The notes under the pieces were generated by a model, which saw only the letters and a list, made by a program, of their open reading frames with translations, searched no databases and was not told the DNA's origin. This document shows positions 8,074 to 16,984 of a stretch of DNA of 64,000 bases, one piece after another. How positions within the stretch are numbered: position 1 is the first letter of the stretch; each line of letters begins with the position of its first letter. Origin of the DNA: Synechococcus sp. (GTDB taxonomy: Bacteria > Cyanobacteriota > Cyanobacteriia > Thermostichales > PCC-7336); contig JBFRWD010000140.1 of assembly GCA_051439425.1 (NCBI GenBank), positions 1 through 64,000 on the forward strand, given 5' to 3'. The position numbers and the translations under genes were made by a program.

Positions 8074-10461
8074 TCAAGGGTTTGTGCAGCAAGTAGTGGC
8101 AGAGGGAGATGATTCATGCATGTCTAGAGTGAACTCGGGGAGGTAGGAATTCGCCTGTTTGGGTTCGACCACAAAGGTGACGAGATCGCTTGATTCTCCA
8201 TGAGTAATCTTTAGGGTCCAAGTCCCTGGTTGCAGCGACCAGAAAAAGGAGTGGCCGTTGGGAACATCAAGCGGGTGGTTATTCAGAGTCCAAATGCTAT
8301 CTGGAGCAGCCTGCGAGAGGCGAAATTCAATTTGTTGGGAACTACCAGGAGCTAATGGAGTATCGGGATAGAGAACAAAGCGATCGCCATTGCGTGGGGA
8401 CAGGATTTTGAAGGTGCTGGAGGCCAGGAGGGCTTGTCCGTGGGAGGCCAGCCATTCGTCATAGTCTGACGGCAGATCGATCTGTATGCGATCGCCCACC
8501 TGCGTGTAGGTGGTGTCGGACTGGCGTTCATACGCGTCTAGCTGGTCGATGAATAGATATTCATTCACCACCGATGAGCATGCATTGGACGGCTTCAAGC
8601 CTGACAGAGCGCACACTGGCATGAGTTCCATGTTCTGGGGCAAGGGAAGCGATTCTGGCTCTCGATGTTCGTGCAGGTGCAGAAGAATGCGTTGCCACAA
8701 CGGAGCTGCTCCGTCTACCCCGGAGACCTCCTCCATTTTCGAGCCGTCGAAATTTCCCACCCAAGTGGCTACGGTGTAGTCCGTTGTAAAACCCACCGTC
8801 CAGGTATCGCGAAATCCCGATGACGTTCCGGTTTTGACGGCTGCCGAGAACGGCAGATTCAGAGCCGAATCAACTCCGAAGGCACTGGCACGAGCGTGGC
8901 GATCGCTCAGCATATTGGCCACCAATGCCCACACATCGGGGTCCCCTACAACTGGATCTTTGGCAACGGGTTCTGGAGTTATTACTGGAGACTTTGATTG
9001 AGTCTCTTCCAGAAGCACTTGCACCTCTGCCAATGTCCCCAGTTGTGCCATCGTGGTGTATGCGCGGACCAACTCCAACAGACTCACCTCTCCGGCCCCC
9101 AATGCCAATCCCAATCCGTAGTGTTCTGGGGATCGGTCGAGATGATTGAAGCCAAGTTGGTGTAGGTGAGTCAAAAAGCTAGACGGCCCCACCGACTCCA
9201 AGACTTTGATAGCTGGAATATTGAGAGAGTTCGCTAGAGCAAGCCGCACGCGCACTGGTCCTTGGAACGTGCGATCGAAATCCACCGGGCGATAAATCTG
9301 GGCATCACCGAGGGGGTAGTAGGCGGGAATATCGGGAAGAATCCCGTTGGGGTGAAGAATTCGACTGGCGATCGCCTGCTCGTATAAAAACGGTTTCAGA
9401 GTCGACCCCGGTTGGCGCAGTGCTTGCACGCCATCGAATTGGGCAGCGTCTTGACCGGAAAAATAGTTGGGAGAACCCACATAAGCCAGAAGGTCTCCCG
9501 AAGCATTGTCGATAACGATCGCGGCTGCTTGATGAACATTGCGATCGGCCAGCGAACGAACGGTTTGACGGACTTGCGCTTCCACAAAAGTTTGTAAGGG
9601 GCGATCGAGCGTTGTGCGGATGTCGGTTTCTGATTCCTCTGGCAATTGAGATGCGACCCAAAATAAAAAGTGTGGGGCTGCCACGATACCGGATTGGGGC
9701 TGCTGGAGAGAACTGGTTTCTGTGAAGGCCCAATTGGCCTGAGACTGAGAGATGAGCTGTTCGGCCAGCATGCGATCGATGACGTAAGTTTGCCGACGCT
9801 GCAGACCTTCGAAATTTTGGTAGGGGTTGAGGTGGTTGGGGTTATTGGGAATCGCAGCCAGGAGGCTGGCTTGCGACAGAGTTAGATCGGACGCAGGCAG
9901 TCCAAAGTAGATGCGCGATGCCGCTTCTACTCCGTAAATATTGCCTCCCATCGGCAATCGGTTGATGTAGGCGTGAAGGATCTCGTCTTTACTGGACCCC
10001 GCTGCGATGCGCCACGATCGCCAAATCTCACGCAGCTTAGTGGAAACCGTGCGGGGAGCAGGGTGCAACATGCGGGCCAGTTGCATGGTGAGGGTGGAAC
10101 CACCACTGACAATATGTCCGTGACGTGCCCATTGGTAGGTGGCGCGGGCAAGAGCAGGAATATCGAGTGGGCCATGCTGGTAAAAATCAGCGTCTTCGGC
10201 AGCCAAGATGGCATTGATGAAGTGAGGGGAAATATCCTCTAGATCGACAGTTGCGGTGCGATCGCTGGTCTGCGTCAGCAACGTACCCAGCAACAGGCCA
10301 TTGCGATCTCGAAAGGTTAGCGAGCGATCGTCTTGAACTCGCGAGCCAACGTCAATCGGCGCGAAATACGGAAGCAATCGAATACCGATCGCCAGTCCCA
10401 GCAAACTTAGTGTGGCAAGGACTAATTTGCGTAGCGGAAAACCCATCGCGTCGAGCGCCAT
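8074..10461 (-). CDS. pbpC: penicillin-binding protein 1C
   Basis: Transglycosylase motifs EDADF and SGGSTLTMQLAR; transpeptidase motifs STLK, SLN, KTGT; C-terminal PBP1C-type domain. Confidence 0.88.
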   Translation of the reverse strand: MALDAMGFPLRKLVLATLSLLGLAIGIRLLPYFAPIDVGSRVQDDRSLTFRDRNGLLLGTLLTQTSDRTATVDLEDISPHFINAILAAEDADFYQHGPLDIPALARATYQWARHGHIVSGGSTLTMQLARMLHPAPRTVSTKLREIWRSWRIAAGSSKDEILHAYINRLPMGGNIYGVEAASRIYFGLPASDLTLSQASLLAAIPNNPNHLNPYQNFEGLQRRQTYVIDRMLAEQLISQSQANWAFTETSSLQQPQSGIVAAPHFLFWVASQLPEESETDIRTTLDRPLQTFVEAQVRQTVRSLADRNVHQAAAIVIDNASGDLLAYVGSPNYFSGQDAAQFDGVQALRQPGSTLKPFLYEQAIASRILHPNGILPDIPAYYPLGDAQIYRPVDFDRTFQGPVRVRLALANSLNIPAIKVLESVGPSSFLTHLHQLGFNHLDRSPEHYGLGLALGAGEVSLLELVRAYTTMAQLGTLAEVQVLLEETQSKSPVITPEPVAKDPVVGDPDVWALVANMLSDRHARASAFGVDSALNLPFSAAVKTGTSSGFRDTWTVGFTTDYTVATWVGNFDGSKMEEVSGVDGAAPLWQRILLHLHEHREPESLPLPQNMELMPVCALSGLKPSNACSSVVNEYLFIDQLDAYERQSDTTYTQVGDRIQIDLPSDYDEWLASHGQALLASSTFKILSPRNGDRFVLYPDTPLAPGSSQQIEFRLSQAAPDSIWTLNNHPLDVPNGHSFFWSLQPGTWTLKITHGESSDLVTFVVEPKQANSYLPEFTLDMHESSPSATTCCTNP

Positions 10462-11011
10462 CTGGATGTCTCTACCTTAGCCAAGGTTTCTGATGGGGTT
10501 TTGGAGTCGTCTAGAGTCTCAGTAGGGCGACAACATCAGACAAACAAAGCAAGGGGGAGCAAGCCAACCAAGACTTGACCCACTCTCCGCTAGACATTCT
10601 CTGACGTTAGACATTCGCCAATTGGATGCTGATTTGTTAACAAACGTACCGATTCATATCAACCGTCCCTACCAGCCATAAAGATTCCAAACAAACTCCT
10701 TTTCCCTTTAGAGGCTGGGGTTAATGTGAGGTTACTGCAGCGAGATCGCAAGTTCTGATGCTGCATCGCAGTGGTTGCACGCTACGTTTATCGCCCTACA
10801 ATAGAACCGTTCGAGCGCCTGAGGTTCTGCGGGCATTAGAAGTAGCACTCGAAGTTAAACCTGCCAGCTCTATCGATGGCGATCGGCGATCTAACTCGCG
10901 GCCAAGTTGTTTCGTTTGTGATGGCCGGACTGAATCGTTGAACCCGTCGCTAATTCGTTGGGGGCCACTGCGCTACTGACTGCGCACGGTTGCCGTGCAA
11001 GAGAGGTTGAT

Positions 11012-13066
11012 ATGAAAGGTAAAAGGCTATCGGACTCACGAAATGTAGCCATCGTGGGTCCGTACTCCAGCGGAAAAACAACGGTTTTAGAAAGTCTGCT
11101 CTACGTTACTGGAACTATTAGTCGGAAAGGAGCGGTCACCGAGGGAAATTCGGTCGGGGATGCTACCCCAGAAGCCCGCAATCGCCATATGAGCACTGAA
11201 GTGAATGCCGCCTGCCTAGAGTATGGCGGCATTTCGTTTACGTTCCTTGATTGCCCTGGCTCCATCGAACTGGCTCAAGATACCTACAGTTCTTTGATGG
11301 GAGTGGATGCTGCGATTGTTGTCTGCGAGCCGGATCAACTAATCTCCACTTCCCAAGATCACAGGGCCGTTACTCTGGCTCCCCTATTCCAGTTCCTCGA
11401 TCGCTGGGAAATCCCCCACCTAGTGCTGATCAATAAGATGGATCGCATCCGGGGCACCTACCTCGACATGCTAGAAGCTCTTAAATCTGTCTCCCGTCGC
11501 CCCATCATTCCCCAGCAATACCCCATTCGTCAGGGGGACGACATCATCGGATTCATCGATCTGGTGGACGAGCAAGCCTATCACTATCATTCCGGTGCCC
11601 CCGCCGATCCGGTCCCCCTACCTGAAGAATTGGAAGAGCACGAGAAAGCAGCTCGCATGGAACTGCTGGAAACACTGGCCGATTTTGATGACCATCTCCT
11701 AGAGGAACTATTAGAGGATATCGAGCCTCCAACTGACGAGATTCAGAAGGATCTCAAGATGGAATTGGGGGCCGATCTGATCGTTCCTGTTTTCATTGGT
11801 ATCTCTCAATCAGACTTTGGCATTCGGCCACTGTTGGATGCTCTAGTACGCGAAGCTCCCGAGCCTTCGGTGACCGCCGACCGCCGCAATCTTAAGACCA
11901 ATGCCGACGGCGAACCTCTAGTTCAAGTGTTGAAAACCTATTTCAATCAACAGGGCAACAAACTGTCGCTGGTGCGCGTTTGGGATGGAACCCTGACCGA
12001 CTGTTCGGTTTTAAACGGCACCCGAGTCGGAGGGCTGTATCGGCTGAAAGGCCAGCAGCAAGACAGCTTGCAAATGGCTGCGGCCGGAGCAATTGTGGGC
12101 ATTACTCGTCTGGACAACGCCCATACGGGGGACACTCTCTCTGCTGGCGACGTCGATCGAGACTTGCCTCGGGCTGACGACCTCAAACCGGTTTATGCCC
12201 TGGCGATCGCCCCCGAAAATCGCAAAGACGAAGTGAAACTCAGCGGAGCCCTGAGCAAACTGGTCGAGGAAGATCCCTCCTTGCACTGGGAGCACCACGG
12301 TGACACCCACGAAGTTATTTTGTGGGGACAGGGGCACATCCACTTGCAAGTTGCTCTCGATCGTCTCAGCGGTAAGTTCAACCTCCCCCTCAGCTCCCAC
12401 ACTCCCCAAGTGGCCTATCGGGAAACCATTCGTAAGCCACGTCAATCGGTTCACGGTCGCTACAAGCGGCAGTCCGGAGGACACGGCCAATTCGGGGACG
12501 TCTATGTCGATATCGAGCCGCTACCCCGCGGTGAGGGCAACAATTTTGCCCAAACAATTGTGGGCGGAGTTGTTCCCAAGCAATTCATTCCCGGCGTAGA
12601 AACGGGCGTCAAAGAGTATCTGCAACACGGCCCGCTGGGATTCCCGGTGGTAGATGTCGCGGTTACTCTCAAAGACGGGAGCTACCACAGCGTAGATAGT
12701 TCCGAGCAAGCGTTTAAGCAGGCGGCCCGACTAGCGTTGCAAGAGGGGATGCCCCAATGCGATCCCCAACTGCTGGAACCAATTGACTCCCTGGAGATTT
12801 CGGTACCATCTGAATTCACCTCTAATGTTTTGAGCATTATCAGCGGACGTCGTGGCCAAATTTTGGGATACACCCCCAAGGAAGACTGGCCCGGTTGGGA
12901 TGTGGTGTCTGCCTATATGCCCGAATCCGAGATGCAAACGCTGATTGTGGAATTGCGATCGCAGACTCTGGGTGTCGCCACATTTAATTGGCGCTACGAT
13001 CGCTTGCAGGAGGTTCCTGACAAGCTTGTCGATCGGGTCTTAGCCAAGCGCACCCGCGATAGCTAG
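11012..13066 (+). CDS. elongation factor G paralogue (EF-G2 type)
   Basis: GPYSSGKT, DCPG, NKMD, YKRQSGGHGQFG, DGSYHSVDSSE motifs. ATG 11012 follows GAGAGG. Confidence 0.9.
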   Translation: MKGKRLSDSRNVAIVGPYSSGKTTVLESLLYVTGTISRKGAVTEGNSVGDATPEARNRHMSTEVNAACLEYGGISFTFLDCPGSIELAQDTYSSLMGVDAAIVVCEPDQLISTSQDHRAVTLAPLFQFLDRWEIPHLVLINKMDRIRGTYLDMLEALKSVSRRPIIPQQYPIRQGDDIIGFIDLVDEQAYHYHSGAPADPVPLPEELEEHEKAARMELLETLADFDDHLLEELLEDIEPPTDEIQKDLKMELGADLIVPVFIGISQSDFGIRPLLDALVREAPEPSVTADRRNLKTNADGEPLVQVLKTYFNQQGNKLSLVRVWDGTLTDCSVLNGTRVGGLYRLKGQQQDSLQMAAAGAIVGITRLDNAHTGDTLSAGDVDRDLPRADDLKPVYALAIAPENRKDEVKLSGALSKLVEEDPSLHWEHHGDTHEVILWGQGHIHLQVALDRLSGKFNLPLSSHTPQVAYRETIRKPRQSVHGRYKRQSGGHGQFGDVYVDIEPLPRGEGNNFAQTIVGGVVPKQFIPGVETGVKEYLQHGPLGFPVVDVAVTLKDGSYHSVDSSEQAFKQAARLALQEGMPQCDPQLLEPIDSLEISVPSEFTSNVLSIISGRRGQILGYTPKEDWPGWDVVSAYMPESEMQTLIVELRSQTLGVATFNWRYDRLQEVPDKLVDRVLAKRTRDS

Positions 13067-13344
13067 ACCGCTCAGAACTTCTTGAACCATTTCTACCTAC
13101 AGTTCTTGTGGCGCACCTCATGGATTATTTTGTCTGGGGGCGTCACTTTTTTTGGGATGATTCGAGATCGGCTTCTAGCCCGACAATCAACTTCTAGCAG
13201 CCCAGTACGACCGCTACCTCCTGTACCTCTATGGCCCACAAGCGTTTGAAACAAGGGAATCGATTGTAAAAAGTTGTGGGCAGCGTGTCATAATCCTTAT
13301 CATAGAATTAATTCTTTAACCTACTGGCATAGAGGAGAGCTGCG

Positions 13345-13590
13345 ATGGCAGGCGATACTGGCGAACGGCCATTCTCGGACATTGTTACTAGCGTCCGCTA
13401 CTGGGTGATTCATACCCTCACCATTCCCGTCTTATTCTTGGCTGGTTGGCTGTTTGTCAGCACTGGCTTGGCGTACGATGTATTCGGTACCCCACGTCCC
13501 GACGAGTACTTCAGTGCCGAGCGTCAGGAGCTGCCGATTGTCCGCGATCGCTTTGATGCGACCGGTCAAATCGAAGATTACCTCAAGTAA
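13345..13590 (+). CDS. psbE: cytochrome b559 alpha subunit
   Basis: [19 protein letters not shown]...[14 protein letters not shown]. Confidence 0.98.
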   Translation: MAGDTGERPFSDIVTSVRYWVIHTLTIPVLFLAGWLFVSTGLAYDVFGTPRPDEYFSAERQELPIVRDRFDATGQIEDYLK

Positions 13591-13619
13591 ATTTCAACTG
13601 AGTTTTCCAGGTTGTTCTT

Positions 13620-13754
13620 ATGAATTCCCCTAGTTCCAACGAGCCAGTTTACTATCCCGTCTTTACCGTGCGCTGGCTGGCTGTTCACACCTTGGGTGTA
13701 CCCAGTGTCTTCTTCATCGGCGCGATCGCCGCTATGCAGTTTATTCAACGATAA
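13620..13754 (+). CDS. psbF: cytochrome b559 beta subunit
   Basis: Hand translation [44 protein letters not shown]. Confidence 0.97.
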   Translation: MNSPSSNEPVYYPVFTVRWLAVHTLGVPSVFFIGAIAAMQFIQR

Positions 13755-13760
13755 CTAACC

Positions 13761-13892
13761 ATGTCTGACGGAAATCAGCCAGAAAAAAATCCCAACGCTC
13801 AACCAGTGGAGCTGAATCGCACATCCCTGTACCTAGGGCTGTTGCTGGTGTTTACCACCGCTTTGCTGTTTTCCAGCTATCTGCTGAATTAA
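13761..13892 (+). CDS. psbL: photosystem II protein L
   Basis: Hand translation [43 protein letters not shown]. Confidence 0.97.
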   Translation: MSDGNQPEKNPNAQPVELNRTSLYLGLLLVFTTALLFSSYLLN

Positions 13893-13930
13893 TTCGCTTT
13901 TAAGCTACGAGATTTACGGAGAGAAAAAGA

Positions 13931-14050
13931 ATGCAAGATCAACCCCGAATTCCCTTGTGGATTGTTGCCACTATCGCTGGCATGGGAGTCGTTGCAGTTC
14001 TGGGCCTGTTCTTCTACGGTTCTTACGTCGGAGTTGGCTCTAGCCTCTAA
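13931..14050 (+). CDS. psbJ: photosystem II protein J
   Basis: Hand translation [39 protein letters not shown]. Confidence 0.97.
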   Translation: MQDQPRIPLWIVATIAGMGVVAVLGLFFYGSYVGVGSSL

Positions 14051-14084
14051 ATAAAGAGCAGGCTGCACGCATTGCTAAAAATTT

Positions 14085-14117
14085 TGAAAGCCGCTCCAGG
14101 TAACGGAGCGGCTTTCA
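14085..14117. terminator. probable bidirectional terminator between psbJ and psaI
   Basis: 13-bp perfect stem TGAAAGCCGCTCC / GGAGCGGCTTTCA between convergent genes. Confidence 0.8.
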
Positions 14118-14171
14118 GTTTGTTATTGAAGCTTATATCGGGGGAGACTCTCTGAACAGTAACGATTCACG

Positions 14172-14279
14172 CTAGGCTGGCTCGTTCTCAATCCACAGGA
14201 ACAGAGCGACAATCGCGATTGCGGGCAGAACTAGGCCCACAGAGAGCACCATGTAAGGCTGAAGGTAAGCTGCTGTCAT
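14172..14279 (-). CDS. psaI: photosystem I subunit VIII
   Basis: Hand translation MTAAYLQPYMVLSVGLVLPAIAIVALFLWIENEPA matches the PsaI pattern (AAxL...VGLxxPA...LFxxIE); AGGA upstream. Confidence 0.8.
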   Translation of the reverse strand: MTAAYLQPYMVLSVGLVLPAIAIVALFLWIENEPA

Positions 14280-14566
14280 GAAAGCATCCTAAACAAAGAC
14301 ACACATGACACCGTATCACGGAGATTTTGTGGGGTTGGCAAAACGTTAAATCCCGTAATGCAACGCCTCTGACCCAGCTTCCTATTGCACGATCGCTCTC
14401 ACTGGTGACCGTCTAACTCAAACGCTGAGCTGCCATTTAGATCAATATGATGCACTGCATGTTAGCTGCATTGAAGAGATATCTTGAACGTGTATGGATG
14501 TCTTGAAGGTATCGCCAGTCCCTGGGGGAATCCTCAGAATAAAAGTACCTCTGGCGAAGAAAACTA

Positions 14567-14995
14567 ATGCCTCTCCATCGTGTCAAACCATCCTGGCGAC
14601 GACGACTGAACCAGAATGCTCCTGTCATGTCCACCCTCACCGGTCTCTTGATCGTCTATGGAGGGTTCATCCTTTTACAGAATGACATTTACAAATTGGT
14701 GGCCGTAACGATTGGACTCGTGTTTTTGGAAATCGGTCTATGGTACGGAGCTAATCCAGTACTCACCAGCGAACGACGCTACAAGGCATTGCGTAATGAG
14801 ATCGATCGCTTCATTAATTTGGCACGCGAATTGAACGCCGCTGTGGTTCAGGGATTGAGTCAAGAAGAAGTCGATCGGGTCAAAAATGCCATGCACTCAT
14901 CAGTTGACCTCATGGGTCAGCTAGCCGGTAAGTCCCAGGTCAAAGTGTCGGATTTGCGATCGCCTAACCCAGCGAGTTCGGAAGTCTCTCAATAA
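14567..14995 (+). CDS. hypothetical membrane protein (2 TM plus helical tail)
   Basis: 142-aa ORF with two hydrophobic segments. Confidence 0.6.
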   Translation: MPLHRVKPSWRRRLNQNAPVMSTLTGLLIVYGGFILLQNDIYKLVAVTIGLVFLEIGLWYGANPVLTSERRYKALRNEIDRFINLARELNAAVVQGLSQEEVDRVKNAMHSSVDLMGQLAGKSQVKVSDLRSPNPASSEVSQ

Positions 14996-15258
14996 TTCGG
15001 CTAGTTTCAACTTCACTGGACATCTTCTGGAATAGCGGGTTCGGAACGTAGACGCGGGCGAGCGAGGTTTTGCCGGTTGAAATCAAATTCCTGATTGACG
15101 TCGGCATGAAGTCTTGACGCTCCATCAAGTTTGCTGCGTATACGTATGCTGCTTGGTCACTCTCCTCATCTCAGCCCACAACGAAGCGAATATGCAGTCA
15201 GCTACGCATTGATCGGAAGGATGAGTGCAGTAGGATCGAGGGGCGTTCAATCGATGTC

Positions 15259-16047
15259 ATGCCTCCCATTCGAATTCATCATTTTGTTGAAGCCAAGCAA
15301 GCCGGGCGCAAATTGGTGGCCCTGACGGCTGCAGACTATGCCACCGCCCAATTGCTCGATCGCACCGACATCGATCTACTGTTGGTGGGCGATAGCTTGG
15401 CCATGACCGCATTGGGATATGCCAATACCTTGCCGCTAACGCTGGATGAATTAATCCACCACTGCTCAGCCGTGCGGCGTGGCGTCGAACGGGCTTTTTT
15501 AGTTGCCGACTTACCCTTCATGTCTTATCAAGTCAGCAAGGAACAAGCGTTGATGGCTGCTGGCCGCTTACTAAAAGAAGCAGGAGCAAGTGCCGTCAAG
15601 GTGGAAGGTGGGTATTCCCAAATGGTGGACACCATCGCGGCCCTAGTACAAGCAGGTATTCCGGTACTGGGACACATTGGCTTAACTCCGCAATCAGTCC
15701 TGCAGCTGGGAGGATTTCGCCGACAAGGAACAACCGATGACGCCGCTCAACAATTATTGAGCGAAGCCAAAAACTTGCAGGCTGCGGGGGTGTTTGCCAT
15801 GGTTTTGGAGCACATACCGGCGGATGTTGGTCGAGAAATTTCCGAACAGTTGGTCGTTCCGACCTTCGGTATTGGAGCAGGAGCTGGATGCGACGGGCAA
15901 ATATTGGTAACCAACGATCTGTTGGGATTGTCAGAACAGATGCCACCATTTGCGAAAGCTTACGCGAATCTCCGCAATACGATTACATCGGCGGTAGAAG
16001 CCTTTTGTGATGATGTCCGCGATGGCAGCTTTCCCAAAAGTCGTTAG
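15259..16047 (+). CDS. panB: 3-methyl-2-oxobutanoate hydroxymethyltransferase
   Basis: [37 protein letters not shown] motifs. Confidence 0.95.
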   Translation: MPPIRIHHFVEAKQAGRKLVALTAADYATAQLLDRTDIDLLLVGDSLAMTALGYANTLPLTLDELIHHCSAVRRGVERAFLVADLPFMSYQVSKEQALMAAGRLLKEAGASAVKVEGGYSQMVDTIAALVQAGIPVLGHIGLTPQSVLQLGGFRRQGTTDDAAQQLLSEAKNLQAAGVFAMVLEHIPADVGREISEQLVVPTFGIGAGAGCDGQILVTNDLLGLSEQMPPFAKAYANLRNTITSAVEAFCDDVRDGSFPKSR

Positions 16048-16086
16048 ATCGAGCGACACGACTCGGAGTGCTGCAAGACCGTTCGG

Positions 16087-16605
16087 TTAATGCTGCTGTT
16101 TTAATTTTTCCGCTAAGTCTACGGGACTCATAAGTTCGTAAGGCTCGAATGGCTGGTGTATCCAGGGGCTATCTTCAAGAAAATCTACGAAATAGTCGGG
16201 CTTGTGTACCGAACAAGCCTTGTACCACAACACAGCGGCTCGAACCTCTTCGATGTAGAACCCGTAGTGGGAATGCAACCAGTCGATCCCGCGTTTGAGT
16301 GTCCATCCAGAGTCAGCCAGGTCGTCCACCAGAAGAATGCGGCTGCCTAAATTGATTGATGTCATAGACAGATCGCGCGAAAACTTGAGCTTTCCTCGCT
16401 GGCGACCGTCTGCCCCACCGTATGACGATGCTGACAGAATGGCGAGCGGAACGTTAAACAGGCGAGCAAAAACATCCCCGATTCGCAGCCCCCCTTTTGC
16501 CAAGCACACAATTTGATCGAACTCCCAACCACTGTCGTGAATTTGAACAGCAAGCTGTTCGATCTTGTGGTGGTAATCATTCCAGGTCACGGTGATATCT
16601 TGCAA
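16087..16605 (-). CDS. purine phosphoribosyltransferase family protein
   Basis: PRPP motif LLVDDLADSGWT, LAKGG, PWIHQPFE. TTG start at 16605 follows AGGAG; the ORF-track extension to 16908 is probably non-coding. Confidence 0.85.
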   Translation of the reverse strand: MQDITVTWNDYHHKIEQLAVQIHDSGWEFDQIVCLAKGGLRIGDVFARLFNVPLAILSASSYGGADGRQRGKLKFSRDLSMTSINLGSRILLVDDLADSGWTLKRGIDWLHSHYGFYIEEVRAAVLWYKACSVHKPDYFVDFLEDSPWIHQPFEPYELMSPVDLAEKLKQQH

Positions 16606-16984
16606 GGGAAGGCTCCTGGGCAATGTGTCGAAAAAATTAGAACTGGCGTAAGTGCCTGGCAGATTGGACGAGCTTGGCGACCACCACGGTTTTGTTCGGG
16701 TGCGAAGATGCTCCATACCGTATCCGAGCATCGAGTCTTTTGTCATCTTGCGTCTGCTAATTCGATGAAGAGTCGCTGTGAGATGGTGCTCCAGAACAGA
16801 TCGCGACTGCCGTTGTGAGAGTGTTTTTGGCAGGATAGTCAATTCTGCGAATCTACCCACAACAAAATGGTTTGGCCTATGGCTCGGACCAAACAGTCGC
16901 GTCATCAAAAAAACAGGGTCGTTCTATAAGCTGTATGTCTTTTTCCTTACCGCGAGATCGCCCCTTGCCATGTAGATAAGTTAT

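Noticed and set aside
16606..16908. 100-aa N-terminal extension of the phosphoribosyltransferase, or a purine riboswitch
   Set aside because: A good SD plus TTG lies at 16605, the extension is not protein-like, and no purine riboswitch consensus was seen
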